From: Balanoglossus misakiensis
Lineage: Eukaryota > Animalia > Hemichordata
Length of the DNA stretch: 64,000 bases
Assembly (NCBI GenBank): GCA_040954595.2
Contig: CM082583.2
Location: 1,684,925-1,748,924 of the forward strand
Direction of reading: 5' to 3'
Made by a program: the position numbers and the translations under genes. The notes beneath the pieces were generated by a model that saw nothing but the letters and a program-made list of their open reading frames with translations, had not been told where the DNA came from and made no database searches. The first letter of the stretch is position 1. Every line of letters starts with the position of its first letter. Positions 26,138-37,608 of this stretch are shown here, piece after piece.

Positions 26138-28325
26138 AGAGGGAAACGGTCTGGTAATCAATGTTGTGACACTAGCATTAGGCCTTAAACCCCGGTGCGG
26201 AAAGTACTGGGGTTCGGATTAACGTGTGTTTGTACAGTTGTTTATTTGGGAGTGGTTGTCGTGCATAATAACTGTGTAATTGATCTCATGTACATAGAAA
26301 ATAATTGAACACTTTACACCTCTATGCGATTGACAGCTGTTTGAATGGCGTGGTTATTGTTTCCCAGGGATGCTTCTGAAAAGCACTGAAACCAGATTTC
26401 TCCCAAAATCATCGTTGTTTCAAAAGCTCGTGTACTTTTTCATCGATAACTTTATGTTGTGTGTGTTTATAAAGCCAACCACTGTCGTTGTGTGGTGTAA
26501 TTATTTATGCTTGGATCTGTTTGGGCTGATTTTCATAGAGCCAAGATCGTTGGTGTTGTCTGTTGTCAGTCAAACGGCATTAAGATTCGCCACTGATTTG
26601 GGGGGTCTTTTATACCACTCATCGGGGTTTAATGTTTACGATATCAGGACAATTTATATCATATGAAGTTTTATGTATTCATAATTATTCAGAGAAGCAA
26701 ATTTTTAAAAATGTGAAATTGTTATCAATCGGATGTGCACTGACAGCATGCTTATATGGAATACAGGTACTCTAACACAATCAGTCATAACACTTTTGAA
26801 CCATCAATAAATAACATATAGAATAATTTTACAGGATTTAATTATTTATATTTGAACGCAAAGCGTAAATTCCCTTGTGCCATGGAATTCACAATCTGCA
26901 ACTGGTGGGGTCCTTCTGCCAGTAAGAAGCATCAGATAAATTCTGCATGCTCATCACCGAGGCAATTTAGGTGTACTTTTGTACTTTGAGAACTGTCGGT
27001 TTTCGCAACTGAAACTCTGCTCACAGGACGGAGGAAAAACTAGAATGACAACAGCTATGTAAGCTAACAAAAGAAACACAGAGCATAGTTCTCCATACTC
27101 ATATTTTAATGCAATAATTTTTGCTGAAATTGGGGCGTCCGTGGGCAGGCAAAGGCAGTTCTAACTCAACTTGCAAATCAGGCCCATGTCTCTTGTTCCC
27201 TGAGACTGTCTGGTTCTAATAATAGCTGTAAGAACATAATCGTTGACCAAACAGTTGGTTCAATTTTGCAACATTTTATGATTTCAAGCTGTGCAATATT
27301 TGCAACTCTGTTTCAACTTTGGTTGGAGGGATGATGATGAAGCCATTTCACTGACAAAATAGCACTACTAACTGACATCCATATTTTTTTACAGTCAAAT
27401 GCATTGCCATCAGAAAAATGCATACGAAAAAATTCTTATGTGAATAATACACACTTTCTTGCACGACTGCAAACTCTGTCACATTTGTGACATTTTAAGG
27501 AAATTCATTCATTGGGTAGCTTTATGAATTCTTAAACAAACTTAGTCATGAAACCTAAATGGTTACCTTACACATCTGGCGGCTCGACTTCTGTGATATG
27601 ATAGTCTTCAATTAATGTGTATGTGATTCCATACAAATCCATATGATTACCTGAACGTACAAAATCAATTAAAAATAAAAAATAAATTAAAAATAAATAA
27701 GTATCTCATACATATGCATAAGTGCTTGTGATAAATATATCCTGTATTTAAATAAACCTGTCATTTATTGACCTCGTTTTCCTATTAACCCAAAGGACTA
27801 GATTGCACTGTAATATTATTACAGCTTCATTTCAATGCAACAGGTACACTACATCATATTGGAGCAAATATGCCAGCTCAACATTGATATAAAGAGTGTC
27901 AAAATATTGGTGGCTACAAAAGCTTGTGTCCCTTCAATCCATCCTCGCACTCAGGTGAAAACGAACGTCATTAGTTTTTGGGAAAAAACCTCTGAAATCA
28001 ATTTCGGTGAGGCCAAATGTGTTCCAACGGCAAACCGTTTCTGGTAAACAAATCAATGGCAAATAATTACTTCGGCGACATACCAATCAGTCAACATGGC
28101 TGCCTAATCGTTGGATAGCCCGGTTTCATCTCGCGATCATTCTATCTTCCGATATGGCGTTGAATGGTTTAATTCGTCTCTTCTTTGCCGACATAGTCGG
28201 GCGACAGCGGTCCAGAAGCATAGGCAGCGACGCCATCTTGTTTACAATGTGAAGTATCGACTGCGCATGCTCAATAATTTTCCGCGTTTTTTTTTTTGCC
28301 AACGGCGCGCGCGCGCGGTGTCTGG

Positions 28326-28628
28326 TATTCTTTACTATCAATCACGTGATCTGGCAATGTTCCCCATGGCGCAGTCATTTCCAGATGACGGGCAAGCAAT
28401 ATTTCGGCATCCAGTAAAAGTTTTTCCGAGTATGTTTTTACTTTAGAACCGCCAAACACGTAACATGTATCAGGTATGGTATCTCATCAGCCTCGTTGCA
28501 TTTCATCTGCACAGTCTTTGTCTGCACCACGTAAGTCCACGTTGCTGAAGTTGCCCGTCATCTGGAAATTTGAATGCGCACGTAACTGCCGCCTGAGCGC
28601 GTCTGACGTCATTTGATAGCGAAGAATA
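28326..28628. mobile_element. Small degenerate MITE
   Basis: TATTCTTTTACTATCAA pairs with TTGATAGCGAAGAATA, and ATTTCCAGATGACGGGCAA pairs with TTGCCCGTCATCTGGAAAT. Confidence 0.6.
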
Positions 28629-28727
28629 GAGAAAATAACATGCAAGTGCGCGATTATTCATTTGTAAAAAATCAGTTATACATTTGTCATCAACGTTTGA
28701 AAACTTTCAATGATCTTACCTCGGTAA

Positions 28728-29525
28728 GGCTACATTCACAAACACCTCTGGAGGGGGGGCAGGAGAATTGAGGGGGGGGATTTGAAAAAATTGAGGGTAT
28801 GTAAGGGGGGGATTTGAAATAATTTAGGGACTGAAAGGGGGGGAATTGAAAACTTTGACGACTAAATATTTATTTTGAGTCCACAAAAATGCAGTTTCGC
28901 GCCCTTTATTTTACAAAATTTTCTAATGTGGGAGGGGGACCCACACCCACCCCCTCCATTCATCGACACCTTTCAATCTTTGACTGGTTTATCTAGTGTC
29001 CCAGGTCAGGGGACTTGCCCCCACCCCATGATAACTTTGAGCCCCGACGGTTAAATTTGTCCTCCCTAACATACTGGTCGTTGAGTTAATTTGCTTTTGC
29101 CGGGTTCATTAAAATGCAGCTTTGAGCTCTGTATTTTATAAAATTTTCTTACGTGGGAGGGGGACACCCCCTCCCAAACCCACCCCCTTCAATTCTCGGT
29201 TTACAATGTCTCCCAACACAGAATACACATTCTTAAAAATTAAAAACAATGTTCAGTTTTAATACCCACTGATGAGAGGAAACATCAATTTCAAATTATT
29301 TTCATGGGAGCGCTGTTTTTCTTTTTTACAAGATATTAGATAGATAGGTGATGTGTTTCGCTGTGTGAAAGAAAATGGGGGGGGGGGATTTCCAATTTTT
29401 AGCAGTTCGGAAGGGGGGTATTTGAAAATATTTCGGGTTGTGTAGGGGGGCATGTGAAAATTAACGGTAAAAAAAATTGAATTCTCCCGCCCCCCCCCCC
29501 TCCAGAGGTGTTTGTGAATGCAGCC
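28728..29525. mobile_element. PIF/Harbinger-like MITE with TAA TSD
   Basis: TAA-GGCTACATTCACAAACACCTCTGGAGGGGGGG ... CCCCCCCTCCAGAGGTGTTTGTGAATGCAGCC-TAA. Confidence 0.88.
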
Positions 29526-30464
29526 TAAGCATTTCAAATAGGTACAGTTTTATTTAGAACCATCGTATGTGGAAAATAATAAAACACAGAGTGGGGATTT
29601 GCCCTATGTTTGACTTGATCATACCCAGCTCGGTTTGCGTTTTGTCATTGACGAGGGTGTCAGACTTTTACTGAGAGAGTGAGTTTCTATAGCGTAAACG
29701 TTTATCGACTGGACTTTCTGTGCGCCAACAATTACATTATTTGTGGCCGGGGAACACGTGCAACTTTTGATGACTGTTTTTCTAGCGCCGTGTTTTTATC
29801 ACGACCGAGAATACCTGCTTGCGTCACTATGGTCTGCTCTGCACGTACTATGCTTTCCAGTTTATGTAGCTTGAAGTTGTACCACATTTTGGTTTCCGAG
29901 CTGTAGCGAACATAAAACCGAAACTAATAGCTACGTGTTGACCTCAGCGACTGCGTGTTTTTTTTGTTGAGCTCGCTAAATTCCAAGTATTCCCAACCTA
30001 CAGTTTATTCTCATGCAGCTCAGACTGAGGTCGCTTCTAAGAGAAAAAACAACAACATATTTTGGCTGCTGCCAGACCAGGAATGGAAAATCTTGAGTGG
30101 CGCTGGGCTGCATTTCTCTGTAGGACTGTAGTTCTATTGTGCAAGGGTTCGCCAGCATCGCCTTCAGACTTGTTGTCATAGTCACTGGTGGCGGTTTGTC
30201 CTGCACTACTCGTCGTTCTATTTGATGTGGTGGTATTATTCCCAGATGTCTGTGCCGAGGATCCTGCCCGTTTTCCGATTCTCTTCGTTTTGTCGGCCAT
30301 TTGCTTCACTTTTCTGTCATTGTTGCGACGTCAGTCTCTGTTGTTGTTCGAAGGAGGCGAAAGTCCATTCACCATTAATAGCCGAGTTTCCAAGATCGTC
30401 CGTTAATTACAATGCGACGTCACGCTATCATGTCCTAAGAAAGACTACAGGGCACATTTTTTTA

Positions 30465-30620
30465 TCTCGTGCGCACGACTTACGTGTGCATGTGATATTT
30501 TCTCGTGAACACGAGTGCGCTCGCAATTTTCTCGTGCGCACGAGATATGCACGAGATAGCATGTTTCTCGTGCACACGAGAAAACATCTCGCTGGAACAA
30601 GATACTATCTCTTGCACAAG
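30465..30620. repeat. Cluster of palindromic CTCGTGCGCACGAG-like motifs (MITE remnant)
   Basis: Several imperfect copies of TCTCGTG(C/A)(G/A)CACGAG in tandem. Confidence 0.55.
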
Positions 30621-30862
30621 AAATATAATAACTGGCAGCCACTATGATGTCTGCCACAGGCAAATTTAAATATTCCACTCTGGATCTTCTTTCAGCCCTT
30701 CGGAAAACATGAGCATTTATGAAATCCGGCTCTCAATTTTTCGAGAAGTTCCAGCAGTTGTGGTGTCGCCAAAACCGAATGTATGCCATTCCTGGCGGAA
30801 AAAAATATGCAAGAGACGCTTGCAATACACTGCCATCTACCTGACCGCCCTACATGCCTTAA

Positions 30863-31657
30863 GATGGGTCCCTGGGATCTTTTTGCCCGTTGCTATGGGC
30901 CTTTATAGGACATTACACCCCGATTTGGACTAAGCCGTTTTCAGAGTCTAACAAGGGGCTGGTAACTAGTTGAAAATCTGCACGATTGTGAGCGCGCGCC
31001 CCCTGACGCCATTGATATGCAAATTAGCTAGGTCAAATTTCAAAAGCCTAAGGCTTTTTATTCCGTGACCTCAAAAACGAACTTGATGCGTATTCATTAG
31101 TTGCTTGAACCAGGGAAGATCGTGACGGATTTTGTTTTCAAATATTATCGTTGTATCCTACGATTTCAGCATACCCGTACCACACCTGAAAAAGTCATCG
31201 ATTTTGGGGTTTTTTGGACGCACTCTTCCACCGGTATCGCTTCTTAGCACGACGAAAACCGAAAAAACGATCCGTCACACTATGCGGAAGTGCGTTCTCA
31301 ACAAGCAGGTCAAATTTGGCTGGCGTACGTGGCCTATGAAAAAAGCCTTAGGGATTTTCGTGAACGGTACAAAATCTCTGTGTACAAAACATTGGATTTT
31401 TAGCGTTCGATCCAGTTACTGTGGTTACAGGACGCGCACGCTATCGCTGACCGCTGCTTTGCCGTATTAGCATGGCGGCCTATGGCCGGGCGGTAGCTGC
31501 CGTAACCATACTCGGACAGGGGGTGTGCACACAATCGTGCGTATTTTTAACTAGTTACAAGCCCCTTGTCGGACGTTCATAACGGTTTCGATCAAAATTG
31601 AGTGTAGTGTCCTATAAAGGCCCATAGCAACGAGCAAAAAGATCCTAGGGACCCATC
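30863..31657. mobile_element. MITE with long TIRs and TTAA TSD (Kolobok-like)
   Basis: TTAA-GATGGGTCCCTGGGATCTTTTTGCCCGTTGCTATGGGCCTTTATAGGACA ... TGTCCTATAAAGGCCCATAGCAACGAGCAAAAAGATCCTAGGGACCCATC-TTAA. The TIR similarity extends for about 130 bp. Confidence 0.85.
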
Positions 31658-32657
31658 TTAATGTAAGGTAGAAGGTCGGGCGGTAGGAAGAGTTCACCAA
31701 AAGAGGGCGCATTTTATCATCCATTGATTTATACTGTGTACGAGCAGAGAAGCCTCAGTGTTCGCGGTTAGAACCGTATCGGTAAGACAAAGACAGAAGT
31801 GTTGACAGACAACAAACTTATTCAGTTTATATCATATAATTCTTACTGTAAAACGTTCCCTGAATAAAGCCTTGTGCTCATAAGAACATTGAAGATTGTC
31901 GCATACAGACCGACACCCTTTTATCTATTGTAGGTATTGAATGGAACGCTAAATACCTGTGTATTTCTTATTCATTAAGCAATGATGTAACACAACAAGT
32001 TTCGGACAGTGTGAAGAAAGGGCCAAAGCACTCTTGCAAGTTAGTGTGGTGTACTCTTTTCCAACACTGCTGCAAGCTGTTCAGCACCTGATGCTGCTTG
32101 TATCTCCGATGACAAATGGACAGTCTGTGTGCTGTCAAAGTAAATCCATCAATTTTGCGGAGCTGAAAGGAAAATGACAGCTTGTCAAACTCAAATCTGC
32201 CAGACGAAATAGGGAAAGAAATGCATAACAGGTAATCCACCATACTATGAATTTTAGCCAGCATCCTATGAAATGCGGTGAAACGGAACTGCAATTAATT
32301 TTAAATGAATTCTGCTCAAATTGTTTTCTTAGTTCTCAACATTGGATTGGAACCGTTAAATATAATGTACTGTATAACATTATCATATAGGTTAGTATGT
32401 CAAATATTTTTCCATTTGGCATTTTCTTCTTGAGGTCATTTCAACAGTATGCACACCACAGTTTGTGAGATATGGACAGAAACAAACTGGAATCTATGCA
32501 ATGTTATAATAGTATATTATTGTTAACAAGAAAGCGGCAACTCTCTACCTGGCAGAGAATAATGATAGTCTTTTTGAAAAAAAAGGGCGTGCTGAGGATA
32601 TGGTCAGTCAAAAACATACATGTATAAGGTATGCCTGAACTAATTTTTAACATGGTG

Positions 32658-32690
32658 CACAAGCGTTTGCCCCATAGTAACTTAGTTAGA
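32658..32690 (+). repeat. Left (gene 3'-side) bipartite TIR
   Basis: CACAAGC, then 15 bp, then ACTTAGTTAGA (starts 32680). Confidence 0.88.
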
Positions 32691-33246
32691 TTAAAATGGC
32701 CGCCATTTATGTAAGTGCGCCCTCAACAACTATCTTTGTGCGCATTCCCTGTAATGGGGAGGGCATTACATGCGCCTTGTTTGCATGATTTAAACATCAC
32801 TTAAAATGCACTTTCATGTATAGACTACCGATGAATTTCACTGTAATCGAACACTATATTATTTGTATTTCTATTTTGATCTTACAGTGAATAAAAATGA
32901 CCATTTGAAGCCAATCATTTACAATCACCACGTACCTGGCCTGAATGTTTGCTTTTATTATGTTCACAAACTTAACACACCATTGTTCTGGTTGTAAAGG
33001 CGGGTACAGGTTGGCTAGTAGTGAGGGGAACATGTACATTCAGTCTAGTTACTCGCTAAATTTTCAAGTACTTGGTACATTATCTGAAAGTCACACAATT
33101 ATTCACACAAGAGGCAATATGCAGGTTAAAGAGTTTTTATTATTAACATTTTACACATCAAATATATATGTACAAAATTGGCATGGTAACAATCACAAAA
33201 ATACTTTAAATCTTGCATTGTGATCTATTTACATTCGCATTTACAT

Positions 33247-33557
33247 TTACTTTTTATAGGGGCCTCTTGACTTGATTTCAGGTTTTGTATGTGTCGGGCT
33301 AGTCCTAATATGGTGGTCTTTCACTAGTTGCTCAAGTTTGTTCAGGCGGTCACCAGGCATACACGCATAGCTCACTGAAGCCTGGTTAAAGGCGTGGTGG
33401 ATTGACTCTATCCCCTGCTCGCCGAAGAACCCTAGCCCTCGTTTAAATAATCTGATCTTCTCCATTATGTGACACTCAAGCATGTGCAATTTTGGAAACA
33501 CACTTTCCTCTGGAAAATGTGTCCTATACAGGTTCATGAACCTGGATACGGCAGTAT
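33247..33557 (-). CDS. Transposase exon 10 with HxxxxH Zn ligands and catalytic Glu
   Basis: DTAVSRFMNLYRTHFPEESVFPKLHMLECH...GLGFFGEQGIESIHHAFN, then stop at 33247-33249. Confidence 0.88.
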
Positions 33558-33945
33558 CTGAAATAAATTATATTTGGAAATGTCAATATTTTTTACTTCA
33601 AAGTTATAATTTAGTTATTCAATGTTACAATAGTGATGTGCCATAAATGATAAGCATTATGTATTGTACGGCATACACTTTGGGAAAGGTATGGGTGGTG
33701 GAGAGGGGCGAATGGCCGGGAAGTGAGATGAGATGCGCGTGGTGTTGATACCAAATTCAAGTCTGATTTATTGTAACTTTACGCAAGCTATATATACATG
33801 TTGGTGAACCTTGACTTTTGTTCACACCTGATACCGGGAGATTCACACTTGACAGTGGGCTCAAGTTTGGTGACTGACTTATTCCCTGCTTGCTGTGTGC
33901 AAGTGGAAGAGGGGGTGGGGGTGCCTGCATGCATGCTGTACTTAC

Positions 33946-34129
33946 CCAATTCTTCAATTTCAATGTGTGTCAATTTTCTGCTGTGGGAATACTTGTTGTG
34001 GCAGTTTGCAAACTCCGTGAACAGTGGTTGGTGTTTGTGTACTATTTTCCGGGCTTTTGGGAGCAACTCTGGGCATACCTGCTCAGTCACATTTACAACA
34101 CTGTTGCATAGTAGATTCACATTTTGTGG
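33946..34129 (-). CDS. Transposase exon 9
   Basis: PQNVNLLCNS...LFTEFANCHNKYSHSRKLTHIEIEEL; acceptor TTCAG, donor GTAAGT. Confidence 0.8.
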
Positions 34130-34548
34130 CTGAAAAATAGGCAGTCCAATCATTAATCTTTTCATTTACAGGGCAAGTATAATGTTTGTTTTTTTCACTA
34201 TGAATTAAGCCTGTATTTCAAGACTGTAACTGATTAACTATATCAAATACTAAACACTTACATTTAACTAAAATCAAAGAATGTTATAAATGTTCTGTGA
34301 ATTAAAATTTGATTAAAGTATTTATTAATTCAACCTTCGGTTACTCACCAACTAGAAAAATATTGTTAAACATCCAACCTAAAAATAAAAAAAAACTAAC
34401 AGAAAAATGAAAAATAAAGATAAAATGTCCAAGGGAACTTGGCTATATATAAACTTTCAGTACAATTTATTACACAATTAGGGCAAACAAACTTCAACAA
34501 CTTCATGCATGGCAATTAAGTAACCATAACAATTATTCTTACACAGAC

Positions 34549-34701
34549 CTTGCAGCATCGGTTTACATGATTGCCTATGAATGACTGACTATGGTAGGCT
34601 TGCAAATAGACATTGATAGAAGCAAGTGCTACTTCAAGTCCCCTATGCAAGTATCCAGCTTGATGGGGAAGCTTTTTCTGCAATATTACAATTTCTGCAG
34701 C
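34549..34701 (-). CDS. Transposase exon 8 (not in the ORF track)
   Basis: AAEIVILQKKLPHQAGYLHRGLEVALASINVYLQAYHSQSFIGNHVNRCCK; acceptor TTTAG, donor AAG|GTCTGT. Confidence 0.75.
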
Positions 34702-34822
34702 CTAAAAGTTAAACACACCCAATGATTACATTCAAATGAAAAATTAGTCATGTTATACCTGAAAAGAAGACAAATCACATTTTTTTTTTATAAATCAGTA
34801 CCAAATATGATAATGCATTCAC

Positions 34823-35194
34823 CTTTTTGTCTGCAATATCAGAGAGTTTCTTTCTTTTACGTTCCATATGTTTTACTTGTCCAAGTGTTGGTGGCCAGTC
34901 CTCATCATCACTATCATCATCACTAGTATCAGTGAAGGCAGCTTCAATGTGGGATGTCAGTAAATCATACTCAACATGTATTTCATTAATCTCTGAATTG
35001 AGGTGAGATATCTTCGAAATGTGACTGACATATTCATCAAAGTGGGCAGGTTTCATGACTGGCACATCTATTTCCTCCCCCGCCCCCACTAAACGAGTGA
35101 AGATTTCGGCATCAAGTAGATGACAAGAATTCTGCAGGAGACGAAAGAGCCTCTGAAATATGCCCAGGGAGATGTGCAAAACTGGAATCGAAAC
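34823..35194 (-). CDS. Transposase exon 7 (LHISLG motif plus acidic helical insertion)
   Basis: VSIPVLHISLGIFQRLF...DTSDDDSDDED...DKK; acceptor CATAG, donor GTGAAT. Confidence 0.85.
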
Positions 35195-35295
35195 CTATGA
35201 GAGAAATTAAGCATAACACATTAATTATGACTTCTTGTTTTTATCTGAAATGAAGATAGAGAAAAATGAAATTGATACATCTATGAAGAACATAC

Positions 35296-35497
35296 CCTAC
35301 ACAGTGGAATTCTAAACATTTGATCCCTGACGCAATTGTAATACTCTTTAGCTTGAGTAAGGACCTTCCCTGCACTGACAAAATTATTGTGTGCATCTCT
35401 GATTGACTCTAGTGTTCTTGGTGGAATATCCGGCCGCTCTTCTGGTGGTAGGTTTGCTTGCTCTTTTGTGGTCAGACACCACAGGCAAAGTATCGTC
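35296..35497 (-). CDS. Transposase exon 6 with CxxC Zn ligands (-1 frameshift at 35487-35489)
   Basis: Adding one T gives GRYFCLWCLTTKEQ...PRTLESI...YNCVRDQMF. The exon is 202 nt where 203 is needed for phase. Confidence 0.8.
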
Positions 35498-35606
35498 CTG
35501 TTGATGAAACAAGGAAAAAAGACTGCCGACACATTCTATTAAAAAAAATGACATGCAAATATTTAGAAACATGTTACAATCAAAAGAATCAGCATGCAGC
35601 ACATAC

Positions 35607-35683
35607 CACTTGGACCAGACAATCCATACATCTTCACCAGAAATTCATAGTCACCTGCAAGCCAAACAAGAACTTGTGCATCT
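35607..35683 (-). CDS. Transposase exon 5 with second catalytic Asp
   Basis: DAQVLVWLAGDYEFLVKMYGLSGPSG; acceptor CACAG, donor GTATGT. Confidence 0.85.
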
Positions 35684-35956
35684 CTGTGGACAAAAAATAA
35701 ATACATAAAAACAAATGAGTATCAATGTTACCTTTCTACCTTATTTTCTATCTGTCTGTCCCCTCATTTTACATCCCAGGCTTTTCTTTCTGCCCCCATC
35801 TCTTTGTTTCACTTTGATCTGTTTGTCAGTGTATCCAATTGTGTTCTATTTTAATTTCAGTCTCTTTGTGTCTGTCTTCCTTCAGTTCCATTTGTCTGTT
35901 GTGTCAGTCTCTCTCTTTTTGCTAACAGAGATACATGTACTATGATTAATGCTTAC

Positions 35957-36202
35957 TTCCACCTTAGACCATTTAGTGAGTCAACTTGCCCACTGTTTAA
36001 CTTCATGGCAGTGTTTAGGTTGGTCAATTTATCCGGAGCTTCAAAAACACTCCAACACACAGTGTTGTTGATGCTGTTGAGGTGATCCACATTCATTATC
36101 TCAAATGCCCATTTCATGGAACCACCACCATGGTCACCTCCAACCTTTACCCAGACTTCAGAAGATGGAATAAGACCATCATGCCAGGTCAGTTTCTGTA
36201 GT
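35957..36202 (-). CDS. Transposase exon 4 with first catalytic Asp (not in the ORF track)
   Basis: Manual translation LQKLTWHDGLIPSSEVWVKVGGDHGGGSMKWAFEIMNVDHLNSINNTVCWSVFEAPDKLTNL. Acceptor TTTAG, donor GTAAGC. Asp codon at 36133-36135. Confidence 0.85.
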
Positions 36203-36496
36203 CTAAAGAGAGAAAAACTGGCTCAACCCTTAAATCAAAACCATGCAGCTTTACCAAGGATGTACCTCCAGGCGATACATGTGACCTTACATATTACAAT
36301 GAAAAAAAAAAATTAAGGTGTGCTAATGCATGTTTTCCTATTCAACAAGAAAAATTTGTGAAAACTCACCACAGTGATAAGGAGATAGAAATACAAGTCT
36401 TAAAAGGCAAGCTGCTATTTTACAAAGCCAGCCAGTTATGAAACACACAATCAACTATCTATAAAGTCAATAGCAGTAAAACAAAACAAATCTTAC

Positions 36497-36712
36497 CTGT
36501 CTAGGGTATCAAGTCTACCTATTACTGTTTCAACAAGATTAGATACAGCTACACATGGTGCCAGCCGTATTTCACTAAGTTTACCACTACCCGTACCATT
36601 TACTGTAAATGTGAAGGGTAGGTTCTTCATTTGGAGCTGAATCTCAAGTGACTTCATTCTCTCACGGTCTTTGTTTTCTCCTTCAAGTCGAATATTCCAC
36701 ATTCTTAGCCAT
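36497..36712 (-). CDS. Transposase exon 3 (acceptor mutated CAG>CGG)
   Basis: Open frame WLRMWNIRLE...GRLDTLD, donor AG|GTAAGA, phase matches both neighbours. Confidence 0.7.
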
Positions 36713-37132
36713 CCGCATTTGAAATGAAACTTCATATTTGATGAAACCTACAATCAGTGACCTAAGTGATTAATGTAGCACAGCTAGGTGACAGTTTAAG
36801 AAGTTTGAAATTTAACAACATAAAACCTCATTCTTTAAGCATAGAGATTATAATAAAATGTGATAATTTTTAGTTAATCATGCAGAATATCTCAGACAGC
36901 TATTGTAATTGCTAATAGGTATATATCATATTGTTGTTAAAACATCAATAAAACATGACAATTATTGCATAAAGAACAGATAGAAATTAAAGCTGCAAGC
37001 AGCATTGTCGGGCCCAAGCGCTGATCTCGAATTATATATGCACAGTATGAATGAGAAGAAACAGAATTTTCTATCGGGTGTATTATCTCATGACATAACA
37101 AGGACGTGTGCGCTTGGGCCCTAACAACTTAC

Positions 37133-37419
37133 CTTCTTATTTTCCGCATGGTTGACCAGGTGACCCCAACATCACTCTTTAAGAGAAGTCCAGCACCAGG
37201 TGGAATATCTGGACTGAGGCCGAGAGAAGATAGCAGGGATTCTTTTTCCTCCTTCTTCATCCTTTGGATTTCATTTCCTGTCTGAATGTGTGCTGATTTA
37301 CCACCACCGCTTACTTGGTGCCTCACTTCAGATAAGCATTTTGATCTTAAGACCAGAGTTTGCTTTGAACACTCAGAACTTTCCTTTCTTGGCTTCCGAA
37401 TTTTGGACAGCATAATTGG
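37133..37419 (-). CDS. Transposase exon 2 (basic helical region at the position of the RAG1 nonamer-binding domain)
   Basis: Acceptor TTGCAG|CCA, donor AG|GTAAGT; PIMLSKIRKPRK...VTWSTMRKIR. Confidence 0.75.
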
Positions 37420-37608
37420 CTGCAAGTACAAAAAATATCTTAAGTTTCTACAAGTATCGTCTACGCATCAATTTAAGTTATATTACACTGATGTAGCAGT
37501 ACGGTTATAACTAACAAAATCAATAATTGTTCCCCCTAGTCAAATCAAAAGTAAATACTCAAGGGTGAATTATTTTTAAGACAAGAATAAAGGAAGAAGT
37601 ATACTCAC

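Larger units (their letters stand above)
19061..28275 (+). repeat. Left arm of a giant inverted repeat (about 9.2 kb)
   Basis: Collinear reverse-complement matches to 43221-53462 along its length, for example 19070-19245 vs 53281-53460, 23370-24545 vs 47640-48850 and 27570-28275 vs 43221-44140. Confidence 0.85.

Noticed and set aside
28111-28446. Duplicated small protein gene (twin at 43212-43400)
   Set aside because: The similarity follows from the DNA inverted repeat. Starts and stops differ and no domain is recognisable.
30640-30660. CACTATG heptamers (also near 29825 and 31278) as ProtoRAG-type ends
   Set aside because: No matching partner end or TSD was found. The real ends are at 32658 and 39332.
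36995-37128. Short inverted repeat GGGCCCAAGCGC / GCGCTTGGGCCC in transposase intron 2
   Set aside because: Probably a tiny repeat remnant. It is too short to classify and has no evident link to the element ends.
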